A stretch of 64,000 bases of DNA from the human T2T-CHM13v2.0 reference genome, Homo sapiens, in assembly GCF_009914755.1 (NCBI RefSeq), contig NC_060940.1. One strand, 5' to 3'. The notes beneath the pieces were generated by a model. The model was given only the letters and a program-made list of their open reading frames with translations, did no database searches and was not told where the DNA came from. This document shows, one piece after another, positions 1 to 12,479 of the stretch (positions are counted from its first letter, which is position 1; each line of letters opens with the position of its first letter). The position numbers were made by a program, and so were the translations under genes.

Positions 1-878
1 ATGGCCAAAGTCAAGAGAATTGAAAACACCAAAGGCTAGTGAAGCAGTGGAACAATAGGAACTCTCATTCACTGATGGTAGTAGTAGAAAATGGGATAGC
101 CACTTTGGAAGACAATTGGGCAATTTTTATCAAGCAAAACATATTCTTACCTTATAATCCAATAATCATGCTTCTTGGTATGTATCCAAATGAAGTGAAT
201 ATTTACGCCCACACAAAACCTGCACTCAGATGTTTATAGCAGTTTTATTCACAATAGTCAAAACTTGAAAGCAAGTTTGAGTTTTGTACCATAGTTTGTA
301 ACACAGTCTCTTTATCCATTCATCTAATGAAGAATATCTACTTCATTAGATGAATGGATAAAGAGACTATGGTACCTCCAGACACTGGAATTTTATAAAA
401 AGATATGAAATATCAAGCCATATAACAACATGGAGGAAACTTAAATGTATATTACTAAGCAAAAGAAGGCAATGTTAAAAAGCTACATTATGTATGACAT
501 TCTTGAAAAAGCAAAACTATCAAGACAGTAAAAATGTCAGAGTTCTCAGGGATAAAGGAGGGATGAATTGTCAGAGCATAGAGGTTTTTCAGGTTAGTGA
601 AATTAGCATGTAGGATACTATAGTGGTCATTATAAATTTGTTTAAACCTATAGACTGTACAACACCAAAAGTGATCGCTAATGTAAACTGTAGGATTTGG
701 GTCACAATGACATTTGATTGTAGGTTCATCAATTTCAAGAAATGTACCACTGTGCTGGAGGATGTTGATAATGGGAGAAGCTGTGCATGTGTGGGGAAAG
801 GAGGTATTTGAGAAATCTTTCTACCTTGTGATCAGTTTTTTCATGCAACTAAAACTACTAAAAAACAAAAACAAAAGT
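1..878 (+). mobile_element. L1MC-type LINE-1 3' end (end of ORF2 plus 3'UTR), degenerate
   Basis: Typical L1M 3' motifs (ggaactctcattcactg, gatgtttatagcagttttattcac, gaatggataaa, aaatgtaccactgtgctggaggatgttgataatggg) ending in an A-rich tail at ~860-878. Confidence 0.85.
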
Positions 879-999
879 CTGCTTCTGAAGATTATACTTT
901 GAGTCATAGGAATACAGGACTGAAATTTAACTAGAAGGTTATAGAATGCTACTGGTCCCACACGTTACCATCATACCAACAAGCCTGGCTCCTGTATAA

Positions 1000-1760
1000 G
1001 GACAAGAGATTACTACCACTGATAGAATGACAAAACACAAAATCTTTCTCAACTGAAGTATTTATGGAAGGCCACAGTGAAGAGATAGTAAAAAGGCCAT
1101 TAGAGACATGTGAAGCATCTGCCACCTATAGTTACAGAAGAAAGTGCTACGTATGACCAGATTAACAAATTCTTGCATTTAATGCCTATTTACTTTAGTT
1201 TTCATTTTCTGATATAATGTGTTCGTTTTTCAACAGCAACAATAGAAATTGCAAGACAGGGCAAAAGGCAAAAAAAAAAAAAAATCTTATAAGTTTCTGC
1301 CACTTATAGCTACAACACACGTCTCAGAACCAGACTCTGATATAAAACAATATTAGAATTATCAGCTAAGTAATTTAAAATAAACTATAAATAATATGTG
1401 TTTAATTGCAAAAGCAGACAACATGTAAGCATAGATGGATCATATAAACTGAATGATGAAAATATATTTAAAATGAAGTACAAGAAAAAAATGAAAACAA
1501 TAAAAACAGAACATTCAATAACTCTGGAAACACGGAAGAAGAAGAAAAAGAGAATGCAGGAGAAAAAAACCTTACAAGTAATAGTGGCCAAGGGTTTTAA
1601 AAAATTATTGTCAGACACCATATTAGAGATCCAGAAAAATCAGAAAACACTGAGCAGAATAAATCTTACACACACACACACACACACACAGACACATACA
1701 CTTCACACCTAGACCTATCATATTCAAACTGCAGAAAAAACAGACGAGAAAAATCTTGCA
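1000..1760 (+). mobile_element. Ancient L1M 5'/ORF1 remnant
   Basis: Translation near 1570-1760 (LQVIVAKGFKKLLSDTILEIQKNQKTLSRIN...cacacctagacctatcatattcaaactgcag) resembles the L1 ORF1p segment EIMAENFP...IQEAQRTPSRIN...TPRHII.KL. Left boundary uncertain. Confidence 0.7.
1668..1700. repeat. (CA)n microsatellite
   Basis: Read directly from sequence. Confidence 0.95.
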
Positions 1761-2174
1761 GAGCAACTGGAACTCTCCTCCATTGTCAGTGTGAATAGAA
1801 AAATGGCACAGCCATGTTGGAGGGCAGTTTGGCAGTATTATTTTTACAAAGCTAAACATATATTACCTTACAATCCACCAATTGCTCTCTTAAGTATATA
1901 CTCACCTTAGCTGAAAACTTACACCCACATAAAAACTTGCATATAATGTTAATAGTAGTTTATTCATAATCACCAAACTGGAAGCAATCAAGATATCTTT
2001 TAGTACTGGATGGATAAATAACCTTTAGCACATGGATATAATGGAAGACTATTCAGTAATTTTTTAAAGGTAAGATATTAAGCTAAGAAAAAATATGGAG
2101 GACCTTCAAATACATACTTCTATATGAAATAAGCCAGTTTAGAAATACTATATACTGTATCATTCCACTTATAT

Positions 2175-2543
2175 CAGAGGTCCTCAAACCCCTGCCCTGG
2201 GTCATGTACTGGTACTGGTACTGCTGATCCCTGTTAGGAACTGGACTGCACAGCAAGTTTGGTCCAGTGGCAAGCATGGTGGGGAAGCGGGCATTACTGC
2301 CTGACTTCCGCCTCCTGTGGAATCGCGGTGGCACTGGATTCTCATAGGAGCGCGGACCCTATTGTGAACTGCACACGCGAAGGATCCAGTTTGCACGCTC
2401 CTTATGAGAATCTCACTAATGCCTGATGACCTGAGGTGGAGCAGTTTCATCCCGAAACCATCCTTCTGTTCCTCCCCTCTGCCCGTGGAAAAATTGTCTT
2501 CCACAAAACTGGTTCCTAGTGCCAAAAACACTGGGGACTGCTG
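2175..2543 (+). mobile_element. MER1B hAT-Charlie non-autonomous DNA transposon, full length
   Basis: Termini cagaggtcctcaa ... ctggggactgctg; internal gattctcataggagcgcg, ccttatgagaatct, gtggaaaaattgtcttccac; 8-bp TSD acttatat (2167-2174) / atttatat (2544-2551). Confidence 0.93.
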
Positions 2544-3210
2544 ATTTATATGACCCTCCACAAACGGCAATAGTATAGAAACAGCAAACAGATTAGTGGT
2601 TCCCAGGGGTTCAAACTGAGGGAGAGGGGTGGTTGAATAGGTGAAACAAGGGGCATTTTTTTAATACAGTGAAACTATTCTGTATGATACTGTAATGGTG
2701 AATATTCACTATGTCTTTGTCAAAACTCATAGAACTTTACAGAATAAAGAGAAAATCTTTAAATAATGCAAATTTTAAGAAGCCATTTAAGACACAGGCA
2801 ATCCCAGGATGAAATGCAGATGGTTATAACTGTCTAAGTATATTACAATGTATGAAACAATCTCACTCAAGTTACTGTGAGTAAAGGTGCTGACCTAAAT
2901 AAGTTTGAAAGTTGGTGAAATTGTCATATTCATGGCAAAAGGGACTGTCCATCAGCATTCTACTCTAGCTGATAAAGGTTTTTCCCATGTAGGTAGAGTT
3001 AATAATTCTGAAATTCAATAAGTATAGGGGAATTAAACAATGAGGTAAATAGATGTTGTATGGTGCTAGCCAGCTTTCTCACTGTTGGAGTGGAAGGTCA
3101 CAGGAAAGCAAGGGAGAAGGTTAGAATGACCTATGAGGTAAAGGAGTGGAGTATGAGGCCCTAGGGATGCATGGTTATCTTAATATAGATAATGATGGTA
3201 ATATATAGTA

Positions 3211-3259
3211 AGCCTGGGCAACAGAGTGAGACTCTGTCTCAAAAAAGAAAAAAAAGAAA
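3211..3259 (+). mobile_element. Alu 3' terminal stub
   Basis: agcctgggcaacagagtgagactctgtctc plus A-rich tail only; no clear TSD. Confidence 0.85.
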
Positions 3260-6200
3260 TACATTTAAACGTGTGTGTGTACCTGGGTTAGTATAGACAC
3301 AAATTTTCTTGCTCTCTCTGCTGAGAGGGACTAAAGGGAATCCCCAGGCCTGAGGCATGGTCTCTTTATCAATACCAGTGAATTATAAGGCTTTCCACAT
3401 TTCCAGTAGGAACAGGCACTATTCCTGACTCTGTGTGTATACCACATCCTGTTTCTTCCAGTACTTTGGAATACATTTCTTAGACTTGAGTAAAATCCTC
3501 ACACACATATTCTGATTAGTGTTCTGATGAACTCTTGAGTGGGAATCTCTGCTGCTTTCCAGGGTTCTCTGTCTTTTCAGATCTCTCCTCTTCAGTACTC
3601 TAATTATCTTGGTCACCCCGAGACTCCCAGCTCCATCTCCTGACCTCAGGGAATCTGCTGGGTTTCACCGGGTTTTCATCTTACTGTGTCACAGCCTAGA
3701 CACCCTCTGGTCATTAAGCTAGGATGACCTTAAGGCATAACTCATTTGTTTTATGTCTCTTAGAGATCGCTGTTCTTTGGCACTTGCTTCCCAGGGTCTT
3801 GAAAGCCACTGTTTCATGCATTTTGTTAGCTTAGTTGTTATCAAATGTAATCTTTGAGAAAAAAAAGCACAATATTTTAAATTTACTTTTATTACTAAGA
3901 ATCATCCAACCTTCAAAATGATTTTAATTCACACAGATTATTTTCCCTAAATAATAAGCATAATACCTTATATTAGTGAGTTAATTTGTTCATAAGATAC
4001 CATGTATAGGATAGACGATAGAGCAAAGACTTAAAATGAAAAGAAAAGCATCCCTTCTTACAGTTGTTTGTCCTTTAACATTTCACCTAGTGCTGTTAGC
4101 AATAATCTGTGAAATACAAGACATTTGGCAGGGAGAGTAACTCCTTCATTAGGGTCCAAACTATGAAAGAATCTTGTCATATCAAAGAATTAACAGAAGT
4201 AAAATTTCCACTGCCCTGTGTTTTGAAACTTTCTGTCCTGAAATGGCTCAGAACTGAATTTCAGGCATCCTTTATAGGCACATACAATTTAATAGTTCAG
4301 GAGCAGGAGACGCACTGATATCTTTACCAAATGGCATTTAGTGTAATATTTAATAATACATAGCTGGCTTCACCTGAAAAAGTATTTTCAAAACCAGGAA
4401 ATAACTGTGCTGCAGGCTTAGTATTATTAATATGATTTTATTCCATCCTCAAAATCTTCATAAGACTTTGGTTTGGGAGCTCCATTGAGTATCAGGTTCC
4501 CCAAAGGGAGGTTTGAAGTGAGTCTACCAAGTCTATCTTCTATCTACAGTGAGAAGGACAGTAACCTTTTGCAAAAGGAGTTCTGGAATGCCTTTGTGAG
4601 ACAGATTGGTGATAACACTTCTCTCCTTGTGCTTTTCTCCCTGCTTTGGGATTTTATAAAATAACTTGCTTATGGTCCCAGAAGGGTTGGCAATTGAGGC
4701 AAGAGCTGAACTCAGCCCCCATCCCAGTTTCCAGGCTTTGTCTTTGACAGTTTCTAACAGCTCATAAATGGTCTTGATGCTGAAACTTTCCTTAGAGGCT
4801 TTTTTGAAAAGGAGCAATTGAGGATGTTTGATGAATTCTTATTACCGCAGCTTCCTTTTTCTCCAATGTGTTGTACAGTCATGCAGTCAACAGTAAAATG
4901 TATAAGTGCACATAAATGATCCCTCTATTGTGAAAATCACAGCAGAAGACAAGCAATTATGTGGGGGAGTACATTAGGTAATACTGTTTTGCTTAGTTTC
5001 GGAGCCTCGGCTTTATTCCGTGTGTTGAACTCAATTTCCATATTACTCAGAAGACATTGATCATTACTAGCCTAAGTAAATATTCATTTTGATTGTCTCA
5101 GCAGGCATTCTCTGTGGTCATGTTTTAAATCCTCATACAAGCAAAAGGAAACATTTGATAGATATTTTGGCTGGTGTCTGCCATTACAAAACATACCCAA
5201 GCAGGTGTAGAATAATGATAGCATATGAAAAAAGGCCATGTAAACAATATATTGTATTGCCAAAGTAATGCACTCGGTTTATCTCATTTGACCATCCAAA
5301 GAATATGTAAAAATAAAATTGCATTCTTAAACCCACGTTAGGGGTGAGTAAAATAGAGCACACAGTATGTGAGGTATGTTGGCATTCCCATGGCTAATAA
5401 GAAGTTCTGCTGCAAATTGAATTCAGAAAACTGATGTGCTTAATACAGTGATGATTCAAATAAGAATTAGGTATTATTAATTTGTTCCATCTCTTTCCCT
5501 TTGTCTCTGTCTTCGATGTTCTCTCTCTCTCTCCTTTACTGTCATGCAACAGATAAAGAGAAAGCTACAGAGAATATAAGAACATAGAAAGCTCTTTAAC
5601 AAGACCCCTTAAAACCTGCTCCAACCTAATTCTCAGCCTCAGTACCACTCTGATACACCTACTTGGTAAAACCCCACTTTCCAAGCTCTCAAATTTCCCA
5701 AACTGGTTGCATCATGACACTGTGTCCTGGTACATATCACTTCCTTTTGCATATTTCTGAATTCTACCCTTTGCCTTGAAAATACCTCATCTTCAATTAT
5801 AGACACCTACAAAGGCTTCTGCTGAGTGGCCCCACAGGACTTTGGTCATTATTAACCTTTGTAATTGTTGTACTGTGATATACTGGATTTTCTAGTAAAC
5901 TCAGGTCCTACAAGACAACTACAAAATATTTTAATCATTTTTTTCCTCAGCATCTAATCTATTTATTAAGCATTGGTTTAATTCAAGAGGTCCAGCCCCA
6001 TCCGGGAACTCCTCCACAGGCAAATTTAAAATCCTTCTTGAACTCAGGGTTATTATAGAATTTCCAAAATATTGAGACATTTATAATGAAAATAGCCTAT
6101 AAATCAATTGCTTCACACACACACAAACACACACAGTTAGGTAACTCTTAATATGCTTATGTAACAACTAATATGTCCATTTTCCAGATAGGGGAATCAC

Positions 6201-6409
6201 CTTCAGAAAATAATCTAAGTTACTCTATTTGCATAGCTAATGCTAAGCAAAAAATGAAGCCTAGGCAGGCTGATTCAGGGTGCTACGCATATTCACATAT
6301 ATATTTTTTTAATCGATAAACACAATAATCTTCCATGCACTGATTTAGTTTCTGTACCACTTTTTAAAGCAGAACTGCACCAGCCACTGTATTCTGCTTT
6401 GTTATTCTC

Positions 6410-6754
6410 AACAATATGATACTTTAAGATCAGAGAAGGCACATACTGAGACCAGAGAAGTAGGCCAGGCCCAGTGGCTCACGCCTGTAATCCCAGCAGA
6501 TTGGGAGGCTGAGGCAGGCAGATCACTTGAGCTCAGGAGTTCAAGACCAGCCTGGCTAACAGGGTGAAACTTTGTCTTTACTAAAAATTACAAAAATTAG
6601 CCAGGTGTAGTGGTGCATGACTGTAATCTCAGCTACTCAGGAGGCTGAGGCATGAGAATCACTCGAGCCTGGCAGGCGGAGGTTCTGATGAGCTGAGATC
6701 AAGCCACTGCACTCCAGCCTGGGCGACTAATTGAGACTCTGTTTCAAAAACAAA

Positions 6755-6786
<32 letters not shown>

Positions 6787-6890
6787 CAGAGAAGTAAAGT
6801 AACTTACTCAAGGTCATGCTCCTAGAAACAAGTGTTGGAACAACAATTTGAGTTTCAGCCACTCTGAGTGCAAATCCTGAGGTTTTGCAC
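6410..6890 (-). mobile_element. MIR SINE split by Alu insertion
   Basis: Joining the flanks gives actgagaccagagaagtaaagtaacttactcaaggtcatg, the reverse MIR core. Confidence 0.7.
6463..6786 (+). mobile_element. Alu (S-type), full length with (CAAAA)n tail
   Basis: Dimeric Alu; TSD cagagaagta at 6453-6462 and 6787-6796. Confidence 0.97.
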
Positions 6891-8104
6891 ATACCTTATC
6901 CTCAGTGGGAGGCATATTATTATCCAAAGAATCATGATAAATGGAAATATGAATACAATACAACACTACTTCTTATAGCGCTCAGGCTGGTATATCTGCA
7001 TACAATCACATTTCTTAGAAATATGATGAATCTTTTTGTGTGCATGATTACAGTGATAATAATTTTCCTTCATAAGAGAGGTTGGTTGTCTTTAATTTGC
7101 TCACATTCAAGCAATAGCAAATGGTTACCTCTGTACTTTCAAAGTATTTCTTTTTTTTCCTCTTTCCTGTTTCCAGATGGTTTCCTGATTCCTATCAGAA
7201 TTAGTGTCTGTTGATTACACACTTTTCTCTTGGTGATTCTGCTCTGTGAGTCATTATTCCTAGTGGCCATCCAAACAATTCCACCAAGTGTCACATTTTG
7301 CCTAAATTGATACTAAAGCCGTTTAGCATAAGCTAATTAAAGCTTGGCTGTCCTTCCTGAACACGCCACATGACTGATGGCTATGAGCTCTATCGTCATT
7401 ACAGAGCACATTACTTTTGTAGGTGTGCCTTATAAAGCATTCCACAGCTATCTGTTATATTTTCAGGAGTATGTAGTCTAGTATATGTATTATGTTTAAG
7501 AAGAATAGTGATTTTAAATAATGCTAGAATAACAGGATTTGGAACTCCTATCTACAGTTCTTTCCAAATTTTGGCCTCCTTCCCTTTCTCTTCTGATTTC
7601 CCTATCTTCTTGTTCTCACAGGTGGAGTGTGGAAAACATGAAACATTTCCTGAAAATGAAATAATAGTATCTGTCAAATGAAATCAAATTCACTAACTCT
7701 GCAAGACTAAATGCAATTTTTGAGGTAAATTTTAAATTTTTAAGTGCTTATTTTTAAGAAAGGTTGTGTTCATTCTATTAATCTTTGTTCCAGACATCAC
7801 AGATTACTCAAATAAGCTGTTACTTGCTAGTGATTTTGGTTTTGAATATTTTCTGGAGAACGGGTTATAGAGTTTAAATTATAAGAGTCTTCTTCAGACA
7901 ATAATAGTTTTTAATGCTCCTCCTTCTCTGCAAGAATATGATTGGTTGAGTGGGTTGCAGAAAAACTTGGTTTTTAGTTTTGTATAAGAGGAACTCTTAG
8001 AATTAGTGAATTGAGTCTTCTCACTGCAGTTGAACAAATTGCTGCCTTAGAAGCAAATGTAATACAAAGAGGGAGGGAGTGGGGAAAGTGGGCTATGGTA
8101 TCAA

Positions 8105-8245
8105 AATTGGCTTCAGTTTACTCATGTATAAAATGGGCAGAATGTTATTACCAACTCCTAGGAACAGTGTGAGGAGTCTATACAATAATGCATATACAGG
8201 GTTTAGTGCAATTTCTGGAACTTAGTAAGTGTCCACTGAATTAAA
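8105..8245 (+). mobile_element. MIR fragment
   Basis: cttcagtttactcatgtataaaatggg...gtgtgagga...cttagtaagtg. Confidence 0.75.
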
Positions 8246-8382
8246 GGGATGATGTTGAAGATGAGAGAAGAGGTGAGCACAGTTTCATAATATACCCCCT
8301 CTAGTTCTTGTCTTGTCCTACTACGCCACCTAGTAGGACCAAGAACAAGATAGGCTAGTCCTCACTAATGGTCTGCCTTTGT

Positions 8383-9388
8383 TTTGTGCACAGTTGAAAA
8401 TGCCTAAGCAAATCTTTTCTAGGTTTCTGCACAACATTGTGAATAAAAACACCTACTTACCTCTTATTCCAAAACCCTCCTTTGTCTCTGTCCTGAAACT
8501 CCATTGCTTGCAGAATAGACGAGGTGGTTGAAAATCTGTCTGTCAAATCTGTGAGAGAAAACTGGATTTATTTGCAGTAGTTGAGGATGGGGAAACAAGC
8601 AAAATATTTAGTTCCATGGGCCAGGCAAAGTTCTAGCATTGCTCTGCAATGACATTTAAAACCCTTAGCAGTCACCATATGATGTGCTTGATTGGTCTTC
8701 TATCTACCTACTCACTTCTTTATTCTCCCTTTACTACTCTGTAGCATAAGTGTTGCTATGCACAGTTAACTGGTCTCCAAGATTCCCTTCCCACACGGTG
8801 GCCCTTTGTTTTCCAGTGAAGCCTCCTACCTTGTCGATTGTATATCTGTTTACATTCACACCGTTCTTAGCATTCTGCGGAGAGCCAAGCACTGCTCTTG
8901 CTACCAGGGAACAGGTGTGGGTAGAATCTGTTTTGAAAAAATGCACAGTGAAGATGGAACCAACAATTGCAGCTAATGGTGTTCTTTACATGTACTCCTG
9001 CTAAATGTAGAAGAATGAGAAACAAGATTAAAAAGCCATATGTAGTTTGCAGATGAATATAAACATTACACGTTTGCATATCATTTACTGATGTCACCAT
9101 GTCATCTGGTCTATTTTGCCTTAAACCTATGCCTTAAATCTGTCCGCTGTTCTATATTTCCTCTGCTTTACAGTGGACTCTCCCTCATTCATGGCCCATG
9201 AATGCAAGCAACAGAAAACAATACTAGTCTCATTAAGAAATAGAAAATTTAGACAAATGGTGTCCTTTGCTCCAAAGTCGATGAGAATCTGAAAGACTCT
9301 TTGTGCACAGTTGAAAATGTCTAAGCAAATCTTTTCTAGGTTTCTGCACAACGTTGTGAATAAAAATACCTACTTACCTCTTATTCCA
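8383..9388. repeat. 89-bp dispersed direct repeat (8383-8471 and 9300-9388)
   Basis: 86/89 identical by manual alignment; three transitions. Confidence 0.95.
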
Positions 9389-9990
9389 GAATGGGAAATT
9401 TAGACTGGGAAAATTACAAGGCAGAACAATGGCCTTTCAAGGGCATGAAGTCTTCCAAGAATAGTGTTCTAGAACTGCAGGCACCACCACTGCCAGGGTG
9501 GTTCTGCGTTAGGTGAGAGTGGATCTTAACACTTCTTTGACTTTATGTGTCTCAGTCCTTTGAGACTCAAAGTCCTAGTGGAGCATACTAATGGCTGAAC
9601 TTAAGTTAAGGGTTGAGCTCCGATTGTGATAAGACAAAAAAGAGAAAGATTCTACTCCCTGTTCAGACTGCAGATCAGGAAGCATGCACTATATCTCTGG
9701 AATGTACACAGAATGGAGTTCCTCCAAATTAAGAGAGGAATATTAATTGCATACTGGACAGTTTAAAAAAGTAAAATATTTCTACTTCCACTGACTGTTT
9801 TGTTATTTTTTTTCGTCTTTCTCCCCAATGAATTCTGCATGCTGGGTTCAGAGTAAGCATTATAAAATGAATATAAAGACTGGAAGCTCTTTTTCATTCT
9901 CTTTGAATTGTGCTTTATAGGGGTATAAACTCTTTAGGATGGTTTGCAAAACCTTTTTTCCATATGACCCTGAAAATGACTCCTACCTAA

Positions 9991-10288
9991 TTTTTTTTTT
10001 TTAAGACAGGTTTTTCACTCCAGTTGTCCTGGCTGGAGTGCAGTGGCACAACCGTGGCTCACTGCAGCCTCGACTTTGTGGGCTAAAGTGGTCCTCCCAC
10101 CTGAGCCTCTGGAGTAGCTGTGGCTACAGACACGCCCCACCCTGTCTGGCTAATTTTTTAACACTTTTAGTAGAGGTGGGGTTTTGCCATGTTGCCCAGG
10201 CTGGTCTCGAACTCCTGGGCTCAAGGAATCTTCCTGCCTTGGCCACCCAAAGTGCTGGGAAAACAAGCATAAGCCACTGTACCTGGCC
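9991..10288 (-). mobile_element. AluJ, full length
   Basis: Reverse Alu with J-type features (cactgcagcctcgac, ctcctgggctcaag); TSD tcctacctaa at 9981-9990 and 10289-10298. Confidence 0.95.
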
Positions 10289-10611
10289 TCCTACCTAATC
10301 TTCTCCCAATGCCAGACTCTGAAGGACATCCTTCAAGGTTTAATTAAAATGTTCACTCTTCCTTAAACATGCTATTCCTTTCACAATCTATGTGGTTTGC
10401 TCAGGTCGCTGTTTCTCTGGTTAATTAAATTTAAAACTCCTACTTATTTAAGACCCACTCAGAGATTTCTTCTTACATCAGTGCATTTCTTGGCTAACAT
10501 AAAGATGTAAGTTGGCATTTCCACCTCAGGATTCTCAAAAAAAAATTATGAACAGGTAGCTGTAATGACCCTTAGACAAGTAAACAGAAAAAATGCTACG
10601 TTGAGTCTTAA

Positions 10612-10944
<333 letters not shown>

Positions 10945-12479
10945 CCATTTTTTTACTTCCATTAAGAATACAGAATAGTTGGGATAGGCAAGATAATGAG
11001 GGTATTAAAGTGTTATAGGAGATGGTTACACAACTGAGTGATGAAACATTTTTAAATTCTGACAGGAAAATAAGTACATACATTGGGAAATATTAGAGGC
11101 AGAAGAATAATTTAGAAAGTAGTTCAGATAATAGATTATTGGTAGCAGCAATGAAGGTGAAAAAGAGGAAGAAAAAGAGATATTAGGTTGAGAAAACTGA
11201 GAGAATTGGGGTTTAAATTCAGCATCCAGAATGTTTACATTGAAATTCATTTAAGTCAACTTTTAAAAATTTAGCTTGTGTGAGACCTTTTAACTGCAAA
11301 TCCCTACCTCTATCCCAAATTGATTGTTCAGGCAAGTTGTTTATGTCAGGAAATGACACAACGTGGTGGAAACACCAACATCTGTTTCTGACAACTTGCA
11401 ACTAACCCTCAGCCACACAGCGAAGAGATTTTGAGACCTCTGGATGATCCACATCATGGGGCATTGACACGGAAATATCAATTTCTGAATCTTATCTCAC
11501 AATAATTCTACACTGGGGGCTTTGAGCATGAAGATTCATCCTGGAGATAATTGCAGTGAACGAGAGTTATACCTTGGAAGATAAGATCCTATCATCAGTA
11601 TGGTGACTGACAGTAAATTATAGTGGTGTTGATGACACATCTATAATTACATTACAAATATTTATCTCCCAGAAATCCTTCCTGAATCGCTTCTCATATA
11701 TGACTTCTCCTCCCCTCCTTTCCTCTGCTGAGATCAATTGCGATTGACATCAAATTTCTAGTCTAAAAAAAAGCTAATTTGATTAAAACTTGGATAATAA
11801 ATGATCACTTGCGCTGAAGGCAGTTCTTCCTGGTTTTTAAAGGCTCCTCTGTAAATAAAGTAGAAAATACGGGTAGAAATGTCGTCTTACTGAAATCCGC
11901 ATAAACAGAAAAGGAATTGCTGAGAAAGTTCTCCAGCTGCAACATTAAACTTAACCAACTATTTGTTGTGCAGTTTTACAATTTAACATGCATTTGAGCT
12001 CTGGTGACATGTGCTGGGCACATGGGTTAGTTACTGAGGTCATAATCACATCCAAATTAATTTTCGAATTTTGTCAGTTCTATAAAATAATCTTTCAATT
12101 TCTATGAAATAATCTCTTAACTCTATCCCTTTGTATCTAATTGTATTAGGCTAGCTGCTTTTTAACATTGTTCACCTGGATTATTGCAACAACTCTTTGG
12201 CCTTTATGACTCCAATTGATATGTTTTGCTATTATAGTAGATCCAATCATAGGCATTTTGACAAAGATATCTATGTTTAGAAGGTAAGATGGATTTTTAT
12301 TGCCTACTAATTATCTGAAATCCAAACTCCCTACTCCGGCCTCTATCTAGTGTGTAATGAGAATTCACTGTTTGTCAGTTCTGTGGTTTATAATAGAAAT
12401 TAGGACTGTCAAATAAGGTATCCATTTTTAATCCCAACTTGTAGGAAAAGCAATTTCAGGTTTACCCTTATTACTTCAA

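Larger units (their letters stand above)
1761..3335 (+). mobile_element. L1MC/L1MD 3' region interrupted by MER1B and an Alu stub
   Basis: gagcaactggaactctc...cacccacataaaaacttgc...tactgtatcattccacttatat resumes after the MER1B with gattagtggttcccagggg and gtgaaactattctgtatgatactgtaatggtg. Confidence 0.8.

Noticed and set aside
1398-1712. 104-aa lysine-rich ORF as a gene
   Set aside because: Degenerate L1 ORF1 remnant running into a CA repeat.
2083-2570. 83-aa and 122-aa minus-strand ORFs
   Set aside because: They lie in MER1B, a non-autonomous element with no transposase; openness reflects higher GC.
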